A stretch of 64,000 nucleotides of DNA from Lytechinus pictus (Eukaryota), in NCBI RefSeq assembly GCF_037042905.1, contig NC_087251.1, positions 22,198,001 through 22,262,000 of the forward strand, read 5' to 3'. Made by a program: the position numbers and the translations under genes. The notes under the pieces were generated by a model. The model was not told the DNA's origin, searched no databases, and saw only the letters and a program-made list of their open reading frames with translations. Of this stretch, positions 59,745-64,000 are shown piece by piece. Each line of letters begins with the position of its first letter. Position 1 is the first letter of the stretch.

Positions 59745-62700
59745 CAATAAAATAGTTTCTACCCCTAAAACCCAGTAGGTGCAATATATATAGCCCAATT
59801 TGATCCCCTCTCCACTCAAATGTAAGGTTCTTGGAAGTACCCCCCCCCCCTTCAAAGCCAAAAAATTGTTTATGCCCCTAAAACCCAGTAGGTACAATAC
59901 AGTAATATATATAGGCCAATTTCATACCCTCTCCAATTAAATGTAGCGTTCTTGGAAGAACCCCCCCCCTCAAGCCAAAAAATAGTTTATGCCCCTAAAA
60001 CCCAGTAGGTACAATATGGTAATATATATAGGCCAATTTCATCCCCTTTCCAATTAAATGTTGGGTTCTTGGAAGTACCCCCCCTTCAAATCCCTAAAAT
60101 AGTTTATGCCCCTAAAACCCAGTAGGTACAATATGGTAATATATAAAGGCCAATTTCATCCCCTCTCCAATTAAATGTAGCGTTCTTGGAAGTACCTCCC
60201 CCCCCCCTCAATCCAAAAAATAGTTTATGCCCCTAAAACACAGTAGGTACAATACGGTAATATATATAGGCCAATTTCATCCCCTCTCCAATTAAATGTA
60301 GCGTTCTTGGAAGAACCCCCCCCCTCAAGCCAAAAAATAGTTTATGCCCCTAAAACCCAGTAGGTACAATATGGTAATATATATAGGCCAATTTCATCCC
60401 CTTTCCAATTAAATGTTGGGTTCTTGGAAGTACCCCCCCTTCAAATCCCTAAAATAGTTTATGCCCCTAAAACCCAGTAGGTACAATACGGTAATATATA
60501 TAGGCCAATTTCATCCCCTCTCCAATTTAATGTAAGGTTCTTGGAAGTACCCCCCCCCCCTCAAGCCAAAAAATAGTTTATGCCCCTAAAACCCAGTAGG
60601 TACATTACGGTAATATATATAGGCCAATTTCATCCCCTCTCCAATTAAATGTAGCGTTCTTGGAAGAACCCCCCCCCCCCTCAAGCCAAAAAATAGTTTA
60701 TGCCCCTAAAACCCAGTAGGTACAATATGGTAATCTATATAGGCCAATTTCATCCCCTTTCCAATTAAATGTTGGGTTCTTGGAAGTACCCCCCCCCCCT
60801 TCAAATCCCTAAAATAGTTTATGCCCCTAAAACCCAGTAGGTACAATACGGTAATATATATAGGCCAATTTCATCCCCTCTCCAATTAAATGTTGGGTTC
60901 TTGGAAGTACCCCCCCCCCTTCAAATCCCTAAAATAGTTTATGCCCCTAAAACCCAGTAGGTACAATACGGTAATATATGTAGGCCAATTTCATCCCCTC
61001 TCCAATTAAATGTAGGGTTCTTGGAAGTACCTCCCCCCCCCCCTCAATCCAAAAAATAGTTTATGCCCCTAAAACACAGTAGGTACAATATAGTAATATA
61101 TATAGGCCAATTTCATCCCCTTTCCAATTAAATGTTGGGTTCTTGGAAGTACCCCCCCCCCTCAAGCCAAAAAATAGTTTATGCCCCTAAAACCCAGTAG
61201 GTACAATATGGTAATATATATATAGGCCAATTTCATTCCCTCTCCAATTAAATGTTGGGTTCTTGGAAGTACCCCCCCCCCCTTCAAATCCCTAAAATAG
61301 TTTATGCCCCTAAAACCCAGTAGGTACAATACGGTAATATATATAGGCCAATTTCATCCCCTCTCCAATTAAATGTAGGGTTCTTGGAAGTACCCCCCCC
61401 CTTCAAATCCCTAAAATAGTTTATGCCCCTAAAACCCAGTAGGTACAATATGGTAATATATATATAGGCCAATTTCATTCCCTCTCCAATTAAATGTTGG
61501 GTTCTTGGAAGTACCCCCCCCTTCAAATCCCTAAAATAGTTTATGCCCCTAAAACCCAGTAGGTACAATACGGTAATATATATATAGGCCAATTTCATTC
61601 CCTCTCCAATTAAATGTTGGGTTCTTGGAAGTACCCCCCCCCCCCCTTCAAATCCCTAAAATAGTTTATGCCCCTAAAACCCAGTAGGTACAATACGGTA
61701 ATATATATAGGCCAATTTCATCCCCTCTCCAATTAAATGTAGGGTTCTTGGAAGTACCTCCCCCCCCCCCCTCAATCCAAAAAATAGTTTATGCCCCTAA
61801 AACCCAGTAGGTACAATACGGTAATATATATAGGCCAATTTCATCCCCTCTCCAATTAAATGTAGCGTTCTTGGAAGAACCCCCCCCCCCCTCAAGCCAA
61901 AAAATAGTTTATGCCCCTAAAACCCAGTAGGTACAATATGGTAATATATATAGGCCAATTTCATCCCTTCTCCAATTAAATGTAGGGTTCTTGGAAGTAC
62001 CCCCCCCCCCTTCAAATCCCTAAAATAGTTTATGCCCCTAAAACCCAGTAGGTACAATATGGTAATATATATATAGGCCAATTTCATTCCCTCTCCAATT
62101 AAATGTTGGGTTCTTGGAAGTACCCCCCCCCTTCAAATCCCTAAAATAGTTTATGCCCCTAAAACCCAGTAGGTACAATACGGTAATATATATAGGCCAA
62201 TTTCATCCCCTCTCCAATTAAATGTAGGGTTCTTGGAAGTACCTCCCCCCCCCCCCTCAATCCAAAAAATAGTTTATGCCCCTAAAACCCAGTAGGTACA
62301 ATACGGTAATATATATAGGCCAATTTCATCCCCTCTCCAATTAAATGTAGCGTTCTTGGAAGAACCCCCCCCCCCCCCCTCAAGCCAAAAAATAGTTTAT
62401 GCCCCTAAAACCCAGTAGGTACAATATGGTAATATATATAGGCCAATTTCATCCCCTTTCCAATTAAATGTTGGGTTCTTGGAAGTACCCCCCCTTCAAA
62501 TCCCTAAAATAGTTTATGCCCCTAAAACCCAGTAGGTACAATACGGTAATATATATAGGCCAATTTCATCCCCTCTCCAATTTAATGTAGGGTTCTTGGA
62601 AGTACCCCCCCCCCCTCAAGCCAAAAAATAGTTTATGCCCCTAAAACCCAGTAGGTACATTACGGTAATATATATAGGCCAATTTCATCCCCTCTCCAAT

Positions 62701-63210
62701 TAAATGTAGCGTTCTTGGAAGAACCCCCCCCCCTCAAGCCAAAAAATAGTTTATGCCCCTAAAACCCAGTAGGTACAATATGGTAATATATATAGGCCAA
62801 TTTCATCCCCTTTCCAATTAAATGTTGGGTTCTTGGAAGTACCCCCCCCTTCAAATCCCTAAAATAGTTCATGCCCCTAAAACCCAGTAGGTACAATACG
62901 GTAATATATATAGGCCAATTTCATCCCCTCTCCAATTAAATGTAGCGTTCTTGGAAGAACCCCCCCCCTCAAGCCAAAAAAAATAGTTTATGCCCCTAAA
63001 ACCCAGTAGGTACAATACGGTAGTATATATATAGGCCAATTTGATCCCTCTCCACTGAAATGTAGAGTTCTTGGAAGTACCCCCCCCCCCTCCTTAAGCC
63101 AAAACATAATTTATACCCCTCAAACCCAGTAGGTGCAATATATATAAAGGCCAATTTGATCCCCTTTCCACTAAAATGTAGGGTACTTAGAAGAACCCCC
63201 CTCCCCCTTT
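59745..63210 (-). repeat. ~120-bp tandem satellite, right arm (~29 units), inverted relative to 47010-49790
   Basis: Reverse complement of the left-arm unit (GCCCCTAAAACCCAGTAGGTACAAT...). Confidence 0.97.
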
Positions 63211-64000
63211 CAAGCCAATTCCCCTCGAATTAAGATGACCTTTGACCTTGTTCAGGTGACCAGCAATAAGTTGATATTAAAAGTAAAACTCAATTACCCT
63301 TACATTCAAATTTCTTGGGGAAAATACAATTATTTGTTAAAATTTTCACCCTAAATGACCTTTTGACCTTGATCATGTGATCTTCAACTCGGTCAGTGAA
63401 ACTTGATTGCCCTAATGCCAAAGTTTCAAGAAAAGATCCAGCTATAACATGCGAGACAAAAATGATGAAAACAGCTCAATCATATTTGAATATTTGCCCT
63501 TTTAGCCGTCCATACTATGCTGGGATGATTTGCTGAAGTTAGAGGCCGGTAATGTATACAAATATTTTACGCCCCTAAAACCCAGGATTACCTATATTAA
63601 ATTATGTGAAAACTCATTTTGTCTTTTTAAGTTTTTTGAGATCGTCCCCACAACTGGAATTTATCTTTAAAAGTTTAAGCTCGAGTCTTGACAAAAAAAA
63701 AACACATCACCAAAAGCCTCTCACTCAGTGACTCAGTCCTGCTGGACTAACATGACTAACTATAAAGTCAGTCAGACTACCAAATGACATGTATGAAATC
63801 GAAATTAATGGTATTTTACCCCGATTTTAGTGCAGGAAGCTGTGTCTTTTGCGCGTTCCCTCGCACCGTCGAGCTGATCTTCACAGGAATAGGAACCGGA
63901 CTGGACTGCTTACGGCGTCTACAGCAGTTACGGTACATACACACAAGTTCAATGGGATTATCACACTCCTGTGATACAGCCACTCAAATTGCACAGGGGG

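Larger units (their letters stand above)
46629..63592. mobile_element. ~17-kb foldback-type element (Merlin-like GG..CC termini, 8-bp TSD) with satellite-containing inverted arms; no transposase visible
   Basis: TATATTAA|GGTAATCCTGGG...CCCAGGATTACC|TATATTAA; near-identical ~380-bp unique outer arms followed by inverted ~120-bp tandem arrays. Confidence 0.9.
44096..63666. mobile_element. Kolobok-like MITE copy 3, split into three pieces (~44096-44246, 46425-46628, 63601-63666) by two insertions
   Basis: Pieces are colinear with the 41619-42013 copy: CAGTAGTTGCAGTAA..GGATCTAGATCTGGTACAG, then CAACACAGATA..AAACAGACACTTTGGTG, then ACTCATTTTG..ATTTATCT|TTAA. Confidence 0.8.

Noticed and set aside
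47010..63210. ~120-bp arrays as CRISPR or telomeric repeats
   Set aside because: Whole units repeat without unique spacers; TTTTAGGGG occurs once per unit, not as tandem TTAGGG

Overview
AT-rich eukaryotic genomic DNA from an invertebrate animal; the repeat landscape suggests a sea urchin or other echinoderm (inference, not verified). Two spliced protein-coding genes lie on the minus strand. (1) CDKAL1, the tRNA-t6A37 methylthiotransferase (radical SAM), is complete: 12 coding exons from 40184 to 20867, about 554 aa, with all GT-AG junctions in frame. (2) The 5' part of a ninein/ninein-like centrosomal gene has 4 coding exons from 4175 to 807 and continues off the left edge. The rest is densely packed with non-autonomous transposons: TTAA-flanked Kolobok-like MITEs, Harbinger-like MITEs with 3-bp TSDs, a Tc1/mariner-like MITE, TIR elements with 6- and 7-bp TSDs, five Helentron/DINE-1-like (HINE) elements with internal tandem repeats, a tRNA-derived SINE, and CR1-like and L1/Tx1-like LINE remnants. 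The most striking structure is a ~17-kb foldback element (46629-63592). It has GG...CC termini, a perfect 8-bp TSD and 3-4-kb inverted arms made of a ~120-bp satellite that repeats the terminal motif. It encloses ~10 kb of other TE fragments and splits a small MITE into pieces spanning ~19.5 kb. All calls are by eye; no database searches were run.
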